64,000 bases of DNA from Obrimoposthia wandeli. Its lineage: Eukaryota. The stretch is from assembly GCA_977020255.1 (NCBI GenBank), contig CDROCS010000194.1, positions 372,001 to 436,000 on the forward strand. The letters are read 5' to 3'. The notes under the pieces are model-generated. The model was not told where the DNA came from, searched no databases, and worked only from the letters and a program-made list of their open reading frames with translations. This document shows, piece by piece, positions 1 through 12,900 of the stretch; the first letter of the stretch is position 1, and each line of letters begins with the position of its first letter. The translations under genes were made by a program, and so were the position numbers.

Positions 1-408
1 AAATTGACATAAAACAAACAATTTTATACATTGTACAAATACTTATTTACGCTGGAGTCTTGCCGTATTATGTCTATTAATTACTTAGCCTCTGATAACA
101 CTGTTTAACACGATTTTAATTTCAGGGTGAGGATGGTTATTTCTTGATCGCTCATGTCACCAAACAATTAATTTTCATCAATCTTTGTTTTCAGGGATTC
201 GAGTTTGATTTTAGAACAAACAATGAAAATGGCCAAATATGTATCAAAGTACAAAAAGCTAACAATTAATAGTAAGACACGCCCGTTAAATATTCGAATT
301 GCAATATTAAGTCACAAAATGTGGGCCAAAACCATTATGGAATTTTAATCTCATCTTTAAACCCCTACATTGTGATACTTCTAATCGACATGTTGCCATG
401 TTGATGAC

Positions 409-609
409 ATGAGACAGTTTCCGTCACATTTTCTTGTCGAACAGCTGAGATACCAATATGCTCTATCATATGCTCTATCGCTAGTGGGAAACGGGAGCCT
501 GGTACATGCCAATACGGTGGTGATGCCACCCATGCTCATCAAATTGGGCCTCATGAAGCAACTTATCACCGTCTTGAATCGCAAATACCGTAATATTAAT
601 CATTTCTAG
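409..609 (+). mobile_element. Degenerate Chapaev3-like (CMC) DDE transposase fragment in a CFAP52 intron
   Basis: The ORF reads ...VVMPPMLIKLGLMKQLITVL, resembling the ILLPPLHIKLGLMKQFVKAL motif of Chapaev3-type transposases; flanked by stops. Confidence 0.55.
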
Positions 610-1303
610 AATTATGAAATTGAGTAAAAACAATTTCAGATGCTCTCCATAGGAAATAATTTAATTTTTTAAAATCTATATCCTTGTTACAAAATCAAAG
701 TTTGAAAGGATTTATAGTTTTTTCTATACTTTTGGAACAGGGAAATAATACTTATTACCCAAGTACAACTTTTTGTTGTTGTTACATAGTGTAATCGCTT
801 ATATTTTTGTTTTAATAGAATATAGAAAATCTTCAAAAGCTCCTTAGTATCGTCCATGTAAAATGTATCTATATTATTAATCTACTACTCTGTGGGCTTG
901 AAGAAAAATTTATCCCTCGACTAATAACAAACACGAATTGATTCAGACGAAAAACTATGGAATGTATAAAACATTCGAACTAGAGGAAAATCGTTATATT
1001 GTTTCGTAACTGGATTTCATAACTGTTTTTTAAATAACTTTAATCTTTAGAAAGAAAAATAAGGCACGGTTTGAAAATAGTCCACCAACTCTAAGTTATA
1101 GGCATATGATTTTTAGCTAAACTACGTCCAGGGATATGTTTAATACTGCATTTTGTGTATGCGAAGCATTTTTGTTTTAAACTTTAGATACAAGAGGACA
1201 TATTTTAGTTAATAACTCTTAAATACATATTAATTTACCGGCAAATACCGTCAAAAAACACAACACAACGATTTTAAATATATATGAAACAGTATATTTA
1301 GTT

Positions 1304-1713
1304 GAATGTTTTACGTTTCGGACACGGACGTTTGGGACTACGACGTTTCGGTCTGATCTTTTTTTAAGCAGTACATTAGAAATGGTGTTGTATCTATTAG
1401 GTTTTTCAAGGAACTGGTTTATTATCTATATTCCAGATATGAGAGGTTCTAAAAATGTTTTCCCTCAGCTGTATTTGATTCAAGGACATCGTAATGGTGT
1501 TGTCTTGCCTCTTGCTTCTTGAACTGTGATATTTTGTCCGTTTCTCTATTTTTCATAGACCGCCAATATCATGTCATTAAATAGTATTCTGAAAACTAAC
1601 TATTTCTCATAAATTGTACCAAAAAAACTGGTAAATCCGAAACGTCCTACCTTAAAAAGGGCCAGGCCGAAATGTCCTAGTTTAAAACGACCTAATCTGA
1701 AACGTCAGTGCAC
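1304..1713. mobile_element. Internally deleted MULE/Mutator-like non-autonomous element
   Basis: 10-bp direct repeat ATATTTAGTT on both sides (1294-1303, 1714-1723). Repeated ACGTTTCGG motifs at the left end and CCGAAACGT-like motifs at the right end. Internal FPQLYLIQGHRNGVVLPL resembles the MULE QLYxIH...PLV motif. Confidence 0.7.
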
Positions 1714-2014
1714 ATATTTAGTTATAACAATAATTAATAGACACGATCTGCTACAAAAATCAGGGAATGCTTGTATAGATTTCTCAAAGATCCAATTGTT
1801 GCAAATGTGAGTTGAATATTTCAGCTTTCCGTTTAGAAAGATTCAAACTGACCCTGACTTATTAATAAAAGTTCTCTAGACATCGGCATTTCATAGTATT
1901 TATCCATAATATCATTTTCCATAAACAATATCTTCGGTATCTACCTCCAATAAAAAAATTACAAATTACAGTGATAATTTAATAAAAATATAAAAAATGG
2001 CCTTTTTCGCTTAC

Positions 2015-3010
2015 TCTCCGCCGGTGATGAAAATGTCGTCATTAGTGTTCGAGTAGATAACACATTCAGTGATTCCTGCACTTTTGTGTTGGGCTGGACT
2101 ACCGCAAATCGGCTCCATTTTGGCCAACGACCAGACGACGACGCTGCATTTCGGGGAACAAACGGTGTCAAGCACAACTGATTGCCATCGAGACGGAGGG
2201 TAATAATTTCAAAGATTAGAGCTAATAACATAAACATCAATTATTCTAAAAGTTATTGTTCACCCATCCTCAATAAATTGCCCTATCGCAACTTACCATC
2301 CGTCGTCTTGACCACCCAGGGACACGAGATACTTCTCGTTGGGTGAGAAAGCAATGCCCTGTACCTTGACCTTGTGTAGACAGAAGTTGGATAGTTTCTC
2401 GTTAGTGACGTAGTCCCACAGCAGAATCTCCGCCTGCAGCACAAGATCCCTGTCATTCTCTATCTGAGCAGCATCACTACTGGCGTTATTCAAATGCAAT
2501 ACACACCTCAGACGAAATGCAGAAAATATTTTGGAAAAAAACAATTAAAAATTACACTTTTTTGGTCCACATCAAAATAATTTTAATCAAGTAAAAGTAT
2601 TTAAACTATCAAATACTAGAAGACACTTAAAAATGTAAGTGCTCAAAGACATTGTCTGTGATACCTTGTATCCCATGTGCGTTATCTGTCCCGAAGCGAT
2701 ATATTTCCCTGAACCTGACACTGCAATGCAAACGACATTATTTGTATGGCCTTGCAGAAACTTTTGCTCCTTTGTATTCATATCTTCAATCACCACAGTA
2801 CAACCAAGACCGTAAATAATGTGCTGTCGATCTGGATGAATCTGAAGGCCTGCTTGAATGTGCCCTAAACGGAAATGATTTGAAGTATTTTTAATTAAAA
2901 ATGTAAGCTGTTAACAATTTATAGGTTTAAAATCTAATAGACTAACCATTAAATCCAATTACATTGACCAGCTCTAAATTCTTAATATCAATTGCTTCTT
3001 CAGTTGTCAT
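2015..3010 (-). CDS. CFAP52: Cilia- and flagella-associated protein 52 (WDR16), first four coding exons: 3010-2947, 2864-2665, 2433-2297, 2143-2015. The gene continues beyond the window start.
   Basis: Spliced translation MTTEEAIDIKNLELVNVIGFNGHIQAGLQIHPDRQHIIYGLGCTVVIED...FLQGHTNNVVCIAVSGSGKYIASGQITHMGYK/AEILLWDY...LHKVKVQGIAFSPNEKYLVSLGGQDDGCVVVW...ICGSPA. All junctions are GT-AG with compatible phases; WD40 repeats typical of CFAP52. Confidence 0.93.
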
Positions 3011-4052
3011 TTTTGTATTATTACAACAACAAAAATTATTTGAAAGAAAATATTTTGATATTTGATAAAAGGTTTAAAATTTGCACAAATTTTACTGTTA
3101 GGTTGCTAAACAACTGCCTTTGAAGTTATGCTTCTAATGTGATAAAACAAATTATATAAAATGGAATCGATAATAATTTATTATCCAGCTAAAATGAGTT
3201 GCAATTCTTCTAAATGTAGTTAAAGCTAATAAATAGTGAAAAATAAAATAAAAAATAACTAACTTGAAATTTTAAATATAGAGAATTCATCATTTGACTG
3301 AGGAAATTATTACTTGCACTGCACACATTGAAATTATAACAAGAGGCAAATATTTCTGAAATTGTGATATTTTCCATATAGGCCAAGTAACATACGGATA
3401 ATATAGATATGTTACTTGAACTTCAATGCTCGAGGGCCACCCCTAAATATTAACTAATTGTAATAATCTTTTGTACAGTATATTTTTTTCATAGATGACA
3501 TAAATTGATGGGGTGACAGAAGTTGAATTCAAACTTTCATTTTTACGGCCACCCTTGAAATTTGTATGCTTTAAAATTTTTCAAAGAAACTTTCTCATTT
3601 AGATATTAATCTTCACTTATTTTCATTAGTTTTTAAATTATATTCATATATTTTCTTACAGTAAAAAATTTGCTAATATCATATTTAATCAAAACACATA
3701 TTTCATTGAAAGGAACGACTTGAATATCTGACATCACGGTGGTCACCCGTCCCGATATGAACTGGATATTCCCTATTTTTAAATCCATATCCCTCGCCCG
3801 GAACGTCCAGGTAATTATCCCGAGATAATATATTTTCAAAGGTTGATGTATAGCTCACTGCCCCAGTGTTACTATATTACATCCGTTGTACTATTAATGC
3901 GAAAAATACTCTAAAAATTCTTTCTCTATTTGGGTATATCAATTGTAATTTTAAAAAATCAAATTGTAATTGTTTTATCAAGAGTTATCAAAATTGTAAT
4001 TCTTAAATCAAAAAGTAATTGTTGTAGAAATATTTTTTGAATCTGTAATTGG

Positions 4053-4647
4053 TGTCACGTCTCTTCTATTAAATATTTTGGACTATTTATAATCTCAAAA
4101 ATTAAAATAATAATATAGGATCTGAAATTTTTTGTGTAGAATCTCTGCCTGCCTGCATCTATATATACATATATGATGTACACGGCAGCCGAAAATGATA
4201 TATTGCTCAGTCGATGTGGAGCACACATACACCGGTGCCGATCTGATTTTAGCAGCGAATCTGGGCAGACGGGAAAAATCACAATAATGCCTCATACACA
4301 CATACACGAGAGTGCCCAAGCAGGAAGAGCGAGTGAGTGATCAGAAAAGTGAGTTAGTAGTGAGGATGAATGAGAATGTGTGATTAGGAGATGAGTGAGT
4401 ATGAAAGTAGAGAGTATGTGAGTGGGTGTATATAATGTATGCTGTGTGTGTGTTTGTGGTTTGTACATGTATGTACATGATTAGGATGTGTCGATGCTGT
4501 TTGTCGGCACATGGAAGAGGGAACATCTTATCTTCCTATATCTGACTTCGCAGGAAATTTTCCCAACGCGAAGCCAGAAATAATCTTGCCGTTCCTATGA
4601 TGAGATCAGCAGGGCGAAACCGGTTAAGTCGATCGGGGACTGAAACA
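4053..4647. mobile_element. Possible solo LTR or other insertion (TGTCACG...TGAAACA)
   Basis: GC-richer block bounded by TG...CA and containing GAGT-rich low-complexity sequence; no matching target-site duplication found. Confidence 0.3.
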
Positions 4648-6911
4648 CATATTTATCTAAAAATTCTAAAATGCCAAAGTGCATAGAATTTTAACAAAAA
4701 TAATTTCTTTAATTAAGGAAATCAACCAATTAATTAATGAAATATTTTAAAATTTTCTTTTTATATTAGTTTTTTTTAAATTGCAATCCTCACTCAATAC
4801 TTTTCTCTCTGAAGTCCCTAATTGCTTGTTGACAAACACCACTCACAAACAAAACCCTTTCTCATAAAAATACAAATATTCATATGACCTTCCCGAGCCC
4901 GATGCAGTGAGCATGTCCACAAAATATTCCCAACATTAATATAAATTTGTTATAATGCAAATTTTTACTATTTCATTTGTCAATTATTTTAAAATTAATT
5001 AAGTCACATAAATTAGTTTATCTATGTAATTATAAAAAGACATAGTACTCTTAATTTAAAAAAGATGATAACAAAAACACTTCAGCATCGATTACAGGAT
5101 GTACACGTGGTTTAATATTATCAATTCATTGATGAGTAGGCAACTACTGAAATCTTTAAGATATTTTTCCATAAATTGACATTCTGCAAGAAAATTCTTT
5201 CTCTGTACATTTATTACAAAACATTAAACAATCTAACAAATCCATTTCAGTAAAGTGTTGAGTATTTTTGATTTTAATAAATATTCCAAAGGTTTTTTAT
5301 TAAATTTCAGAAATATCATAATCCGAATGGATTTGGTATTCATATAAGTCGAAATCAGCCATTATTTCAACAATCTTCAAAAACCATATCTTTGAAGCTT
5401 TTATGTCATTTTCAGAAAACTTGTTCCATTCTTTAATTGTATGCTTAGAATGACTTCCTAATTATTAATTTAAATTATTTTTAATAATATTCCTCAATTT
5501 TTGTAATCATATTAAGGTATGGGGACTTATACGGCCAAGATATTTACTATATTAATATATACTATTATAATCAAGATAGAGCATATTTAGCAACATGTGT
5601 CCTTTCGTTATCTAACTGTTTGTTATAACTACTTGGCATGTATTAATACATAAGATGATCTTTCTATTCTTTTCAGAAGTTAATTTTCTGGATTGTTCAT
5701 CCTGCCAATAATAAGTTTATTTTGACCGTCTTTTCTGTATTCGAAAAATTGATTTTAATAAATTATGTCATTCAAATTGACTTTCTAATTTATTTAAAAA
5801 ATGGTCATGCCAGATTCATTTTAATTTATATCGGAGTAATCAAATCCTGAAATTAAAAATAACAAATATAAAACACAAGCACAAATTGAATATACTTTAG
5901 ATTTATAAATAAGAAATCTCAATAATAAATACGAGAACTATTTGGAGAAAGGCTCTAACATTCTTCACTTTGAGCGAGTATATCAACACAAGGGATAAAT
6001 GTTCTAAGAACATCAACTAACATAAGATCTAAGTTAACACATACATATATAGTATGGATGAGATAACGTACTCAGGAGTGCATAAAATACTTGAGATTAA
6101 AAATGGCAAGTTTTAAAGCATAAAAGTTGAAAGTGTAATTTTTTAGAAAATTTATTTTCAGTGTTTCATCTTCATGACAGCCATATAAATGTTATTATGA
6201 AAAAGAATTAGAGTTAATTATAATATTTTTTTTAAATGACAAAAACCACAAAACTATAAAATAAATTAACGCACATAACTGACCATGGCTGTCAAAGCGA
6301 TAAACCAACTGAAATATTATTGTTGAAATTATAAAAAAGTCTGCGAATTTTAATGAAATACTGAATCTACTTACAATAAATAGTAACACAACTTAGTAAA
6401 TTGTATACTTTAACACTCATTGCTTAATCAATATGATGATCTGTAAAAACAGTACACATGTAAGAAAACATCCCACTTTTAACTGTGTGAAATCTTTGCA
6501 GAAAGACAAAAGTATTTTTAAGTGTAAAGCTTTATGAATGTACAACATGAGAAACAGTTGCAACAAAAACTGGATTATTTCCACATTTTATAAGTCATAT
6601 TTCAACATTTTCAGGTTTTGAAAAGTACAGGATTAACTTAATTATTAATAAGAAAAAAATTGTTTATAACTAGGAAATAAATTTATTCAAGCCATGAATT
6701 AAAATAAAAGAATTTGGCACATTTAGTCCTAAAAATTTTGTTTTATTAAAATAAAAATATATTCGATTTTGACTAAAATTTTAAAATTGAAAATGAGTAT
6801 AAAATGTGGAGATAATCTCAATTAGATTAACACAGAAATAAATGAGTACTTCTAGATAAAATGATTGTCGGCGAAATCCAAATAAAATAAGAAACGTTCT
6901 CAGGAGAGACA

Positions 6912-9900
6912 TCATGAAGCTCTAAAGCTCTTAGAGGTAGGCTGTTTAGTGTGTGAAAGGCTGATATCTACAGCATCCCAAAGAGCGCGGATATTGCCAG
7001 CTCCGAATCCACGGGCTCCGCGTCTTTCAATTAGCTCCAAGAAAAAGGAGTCTCGGTCGAATATAGGTCTTGTGAAAACCTGCATCAAGAATCTGCAAAC
7101 GGTAAAATTGGGAGTCAATTTACAACGTTTTCTAAGTCTGCACTACTAGTGTTGCACAATAGACCGCTTAAAACTTCTGTTACAAGAAAAGTATAAGATA
7201 TTGATAGTATACTTTTAATTTCATTTTCTGAACTGTATCCTCATAACCACACAATTTTAATTATGCCAAGATCTTGTATGCGTCTGTCTATTCTCTGGCC
7301 ATCTATTACCGTGGTTTAGAAATACGAATTTGAAATTTGTGGTGAAATTAATAAGTTTCATTTAAAAATATTCTCATAAATAACTGGTAGCTATGGAATT
7401 AAATTTAGGTTTACAACGTATACAATAAAATTAATTCAAATACAATTACTTTACTGTCACGAGAGGTTGCCGTTGTATCATTCTCAATAAAGATCTGTCA
7501 TCTTCCACTGATGTTTGTCTATTTGCACCACAATTTCCCTGTCTAGATGATTCAACAGTGTTTTATTTAAACTTTTTTGTAATATTTGAAATACTGCCAA
7601 TGGAGATTTTAATATTACAGATTTTAGCAATTTGTCGTACTGAAAGATTCCCAACTGTAAGATAAGCCTCAACACAAGCATAATCTTCGAGACTCAAATT
7701 AGCGATGCCTACCCATCGTTAAAACTGAAATGTAAAACAGGCACTACAAGCACAATGCATAGCAATTATACGGAAATAACTGTATTGAGCTGTAAGAAGG
7801 TATCTGATTGTTTCACAATCTACCAATCCATGTACGATCACTAAGAAGATAATTACCATCTCATAGTGTATATACAGTATGCTGCTGAAAGCATTGATTT
7901 TCTATAATTAATCAGGTTAATTTACGTCAAATTATGTCACCAAGATGCTTTCCTAATATTCCAATCATATATTTAATGCTATTTATAATTAATTATATTA
8001 AAAAAAATCAAAATTGTAAAAATAATCCAACCAAAATCACCGTTCATAATAATGTGCCGTGTACTGTAATTTAAGACCCAAAGCGACTTTATGAAAGTTA
8101 AGTAGTTTAAAACGTAAAATATTTATGAAAATCATTATATAGTAAACCATTTTTCATTCTGATGTTACTGAGATGGTATATTCCACAGTTATAACAATTA
8201 TAAAATAAAATATTTGAAGCGTAAATTTAAATGTACATAACTACTAATAAACTAAATTGGAGATTAACTGTGTATCTACAATTTCAAGAAAATGTAACTC
8301 TGATAGCGTTGATATCGTTACAATTAATTTTCTTGACATGAAAAATGATGAATATTTGCACGAAAAAATCGGTACATAGCCATAAATGTATGACCTACCT
8401 GTTTGCCTCAGTTACGTCATCGTTTGTGGTCTCAGCGTCAACGAGGATACCGAATTTCGCAAGCTCAGCTATGGATAGATTTAGTCGGCAAATATCGGGC
8501 CTCGTTCGCATCTGTAGGGGTGATACTTCACTCAGGTTCATCCACCATGTAACAATCTCACAAACAGCCATCCAATACTAAACATTTTATCATACAGAAT
8601 GCAAAAGTTTGTTATCAATAGATGTTGTTTAGGTATTTATTTATATTTTAAATATAAAGGTGAATTTATGAGTATACATTATAATATTTTAGTTAATTAG
8701 AAAATGGAAGACGATAAGCTCTGAGTTAGGACTAGTATGTTCTACGAATTCAAGATAAATACAAGCGTTAATGAAACCACTAAAAGAATAAACTTATTAT
8801 ATGGAACAAATTCATTCAGTCCCCGTATGGTACAACCATCGTTCCAAGAATGAAGTGGCGCTGTTAATAGATATGGTATGCTTCTAGATGAGGTAGATCA
8901 AATATTTTGGACCTAAAAAGTTTAAAAAATCACCGTACAAACATATAATGGTTAGATAATTGGGATTAATATTTAAATGTTCTCATCTGTGCATAATTTA
9001 TGGAATAAGACGTAATGCCAAGGCAAAGAAATTAGACACGTTGGTACTATGTGTTAAGTGAGAAAAATCGTCTTGATCGCGTAAGCATGCATTGAATAGT
9101 AAACTCAGATATAAATGGATCAATTTTGAGAATCCCAAGAGAAAAGGAAGTTCGTGTGAAAGTGACGAAGCTCCTCAAACTGAACCAAAGCCTACATATA
9201 AAGAAAGTAATGTTGTACGTATAGTGGTATATGAAAAGAATTATATAATACAGAGTGTTGGATGATAATCAAACCGTCAATTCATATATATATATATATA
9301 GTTCCTTGTGTTGTCCTAACGTTAAAAAACTTTAAAAGAAAAGAACTTCACCCATCAATAGAAATAATGTATTTTTCCACTTAGACAATGCTAGGCCACA
9401 TGTAACTGTTCAAACACGTAAACATCTTCAAAGATTCGAATAAAAAATTAATGGAACATCCACCCTATTATCCCTGTATGGCACCTAGCGACTATCTCTT
9501 ATTTAGACCTATGCAAAATAGTCTGAACATAGTCTAATACGAGTTATGAAGTTGAACATTTTGCCAAGTTTTTTAACCTCAAGTGATATTCAAATGTTTC
9601 TTACGACTTTTTACCAAACAAACTACTTTAATAATATATTTAATATAGCGCTAATATAAAATAAATCTGAGATTTATTACTCGAAAGCGATTCCTGTTTT
9701 CAATGTATACATTAATTTTCGTAATATTTTCTTGGCTTTACGACATTGTTGGGGTTTCTGATTGGAGTTAATTAATTCTGTTTTGTAGATGAGATTATTT
9801 TTTGCTGTTGCAACAAATCGGACAATTGGGTAAATTTGACATTGGCAAACATGTTTTAGAAAATCAGATTTATTCCTAGAAATCAAATAAATTTAGTACT

Positions 9901-12900
9901 AAAAGGCTACAATATTTTTCACTTAATGTAAATACCGAAATACATATGACAAACTGATTTTTTTTTCAGTTAAATAAGAGGTGCACAAAAAATGCACATA
10001 TTATAAACATCTCATAATTGTTGTGTTCTAATCGTCCTGATCCGTTCTTAGATTGTGAACTTACATTGTCGTAGTATTTGTGCGGTGGTGTCATGAACAG
10101 CGCTCCATGGTCGGTACAGTGTCGTGCGGCTCCCACAATGTTCTCCACGAGCAGACCGATGTGCTGCACCCCCGCACCCTCGTGTTCTCTTAAGAACGTA
10201 CCGATCTGGTTTTGAACTGCACAATTGGATTACAATCGTCATACATTTAAAACTCTTGAAACACAATTAGTTTTGGAACAGACGAACAGTGGTCCAAATT
10301 CAGACCACGAGGATTTGTACACGCTCTGTGAATAATATGTAACTTTTTATTGGTAAATGTTTCGTTTCCAGTTGTTTTTATAAGTATGTTAGAGCAAAAG
10401 ATTATGGGTTATATAAAGATTCGTAAAGTAGGTTTTGGGGTATTTTAACTCCCAGGAAAATATGGATATTGGTACTGAACATTTTATTTAAGGTGTAAGA
10501 ATGGCCCTAGTTGGGACTAATTTGAGTATGCTTATTTGCAGTTCGATCATGTTATGTAGACAGTAATTAAAACAGTAAACGTTATCTAAGAACGACTTTG
10601 TTGCATTGGTGAAGAAGCTACAAATGAATACAGATAAATAATCATTTCAATAATTTCCCATTTCAAAGAGCGGTTTTACAACTTTTTTTTTTTAATTTAA
10701 AAAATACAATCAAAGTTTTTATGATCAGAAAATAATCTAATCCACTAACAACTTTCAGATGGAAGATCCACATACAACTGCAGTTTGAAACCAAGAAAAA
10801 CATCAATTCAGAATAACTTGGTGAAATCACAACCTCGATTCGCTGCGTCCTTGTTTAAAAAGAAGCCCAATAGAATGACTGCTCCCAACACAGGAATAAA
10901 GTGGAACCTACCGTTCTCGCTTATCTCCTCCGCTATGATGAACTTGCACGTTTCGTCGCCGTTGTCAACGCCGCTATTCGCACACTTCCAGTAGTCGAAT
11001 GCTTTCAGCATCATGCCGTTGTCGTTGTGCTTGATGATGAGACCGTCCTTGAGGCTCTCGTCACTGTAACGAGTCATTCCTTAAGTCGAGTTTAGAGAGA
11101 AAACAACCATAAAATCCACGTTACTTTGACCCAGCACTTAGTTTCCATTCATGGTTCCAATTCGTCATTTATAGACCTGTCTATACGACCATTGAAAATC
11201 TAAGAGCTCAATGTTTAATACCTTTACTTTAGAAACTAAACGGTAAAAGCAAATATTCCACTTTCCTTAGCAAAAAAATTGACCAATAGATGAAATACTT
11301 GATCACACATCTCAACAAACAGATACAAAAATAATACTTTTAAAAAATAATGTCCATTGATGTCGGGAGGACAGAGGAAACGGGAGAAATCCTTTACATA
11401 GATATAACTACAGAGAATGTGAGTAGGGTTTTTGTAGTTAGAATGTACCAACGTCAGGCTCGGGCACTCTATCATGTGCACTTCTGGGGATTGTCCTAGA
11501 TTTATTTGGGACATTTAGTTTCATTTTCACAAGCAGGCTCCAGTCGGATAGCAGTCTGGACGTCCCTAATACAGTCTAATACCCACTGGAGCCTGTCGAA
11601 CACCTCCCAGAGATTTTTGGACCCGATTTACAATAGAATTATTCAGTTTAACCAGGTATAGAAATAAAACTGACTTTTAAGTCAGTTCTTTGGGAGTGTT
11701 AATCAAAAATCGAACATCTAAATACTTACTTTGTCAATCATATTGTGATTTGTTTGGAATTTAATTTAAAAGTTGTAAATGGAAAATTAAAGTTACTTAT
11801 TTAAGCAATAATAAATTACCATTAGAAAGAAAATAACAAACGCAGCATTTCTTATAAATCTAGTATCAAAAAGCATTAGGATTATTGTTTGGTTAAGCTG
11901 AGTCACACCATCAGAATATTTGTTATTTATTCAGTATGATTAGCGCGATTAGAACTTACTCGTTGATAAGCAGTCGCTTCATTCCGAATATTTGAGAGTA
12001 CCACTCGATGATGCGGTCCGACATTCCCTTCTCTACTGCGTATGTGAGATGGTCAAACATTTTGACGAAACCCCCTGCTTTAGTGGCAGTCTCAACTGGA
12101 GCGTTCAGAGGAAATCCTGGTAGAAATATACCTGCAAAGGTGAAGATCGACTGTTAACTGTTGTTAAATTCAGCCGTTGTCAATAAAGTTTGCAGTAAAA
12201 TTACAACTAAAATCAAGATTTTAACGATTTGGTTCTGAACTTTAGTTCACCCTAAAATTATGTTATTTATACAGGGTGTCCCATTGAATGTGAACGATTT
12301 CTTATGTAAATAAATCAACACACATACAATTTTTATTAAATATTGATTTTTATATTTATAAAGGTTTTTATTTCATTTTACAGACAATATATATAATAGG
12401 TTATAATGGAAAATATCGATCGGGACATCATAATTTTATATTATGAAAATAACATGAGTATAATTTCGACTATTAGAGCCTACAATAAGAAATATAAATT
12501 GAAGCACAATATATTTGATAAAAATAAAGTTCGGAGAATAATGAAGAAGTTGGAAACTGGAAATTTAAAAATAATTCGAAAAGTTGGAAGTGGTGGGAAA
12601 ATGAAAATTGATGACGATGGTAAAGGATTAGAAGACAGTACGTAAAGTTTGATGAAACAAAGTAATAATGGATTAACAAGCGTAAGAAAGATAGCTGAGA
12701 AGTTATAGTCAACACTCGATAATCCGAACTTGCAAAACACTAATGAGTTTCGGATTACGGGGTTTTCTGAAAATTAACATAGATGCTTATATGCACATAT
12801 ATTCATTCAATTATTTTGTATGAAATCATTCAATGTAGTTTGTCTCATGTTTTTATACGCAATTCTTCGATATTTTCTTTCCGGTCAAATGGTTTTTTAG

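Noticed and set aside
381-600. Minus-strand ORF as a further CFAP52 exon
   Set aside because: No frame gives the expected WD40 continuation (xTIRVW...); the plus strand explains the region as a transposase relic.
5290-5480. Protein-like minus-strand frame IIGSHSKHTIKEWNKFSENDIKASKIWF
   Set aside because: Probably a decayed transposon ORF, but I could not assign a family or splice context.
11534-11595. 11-bp inverted repeat CAGGCTCCAGT/ACTGGAGCCTG
   Set aside because: Too short and single; no TSD or second copy seen.
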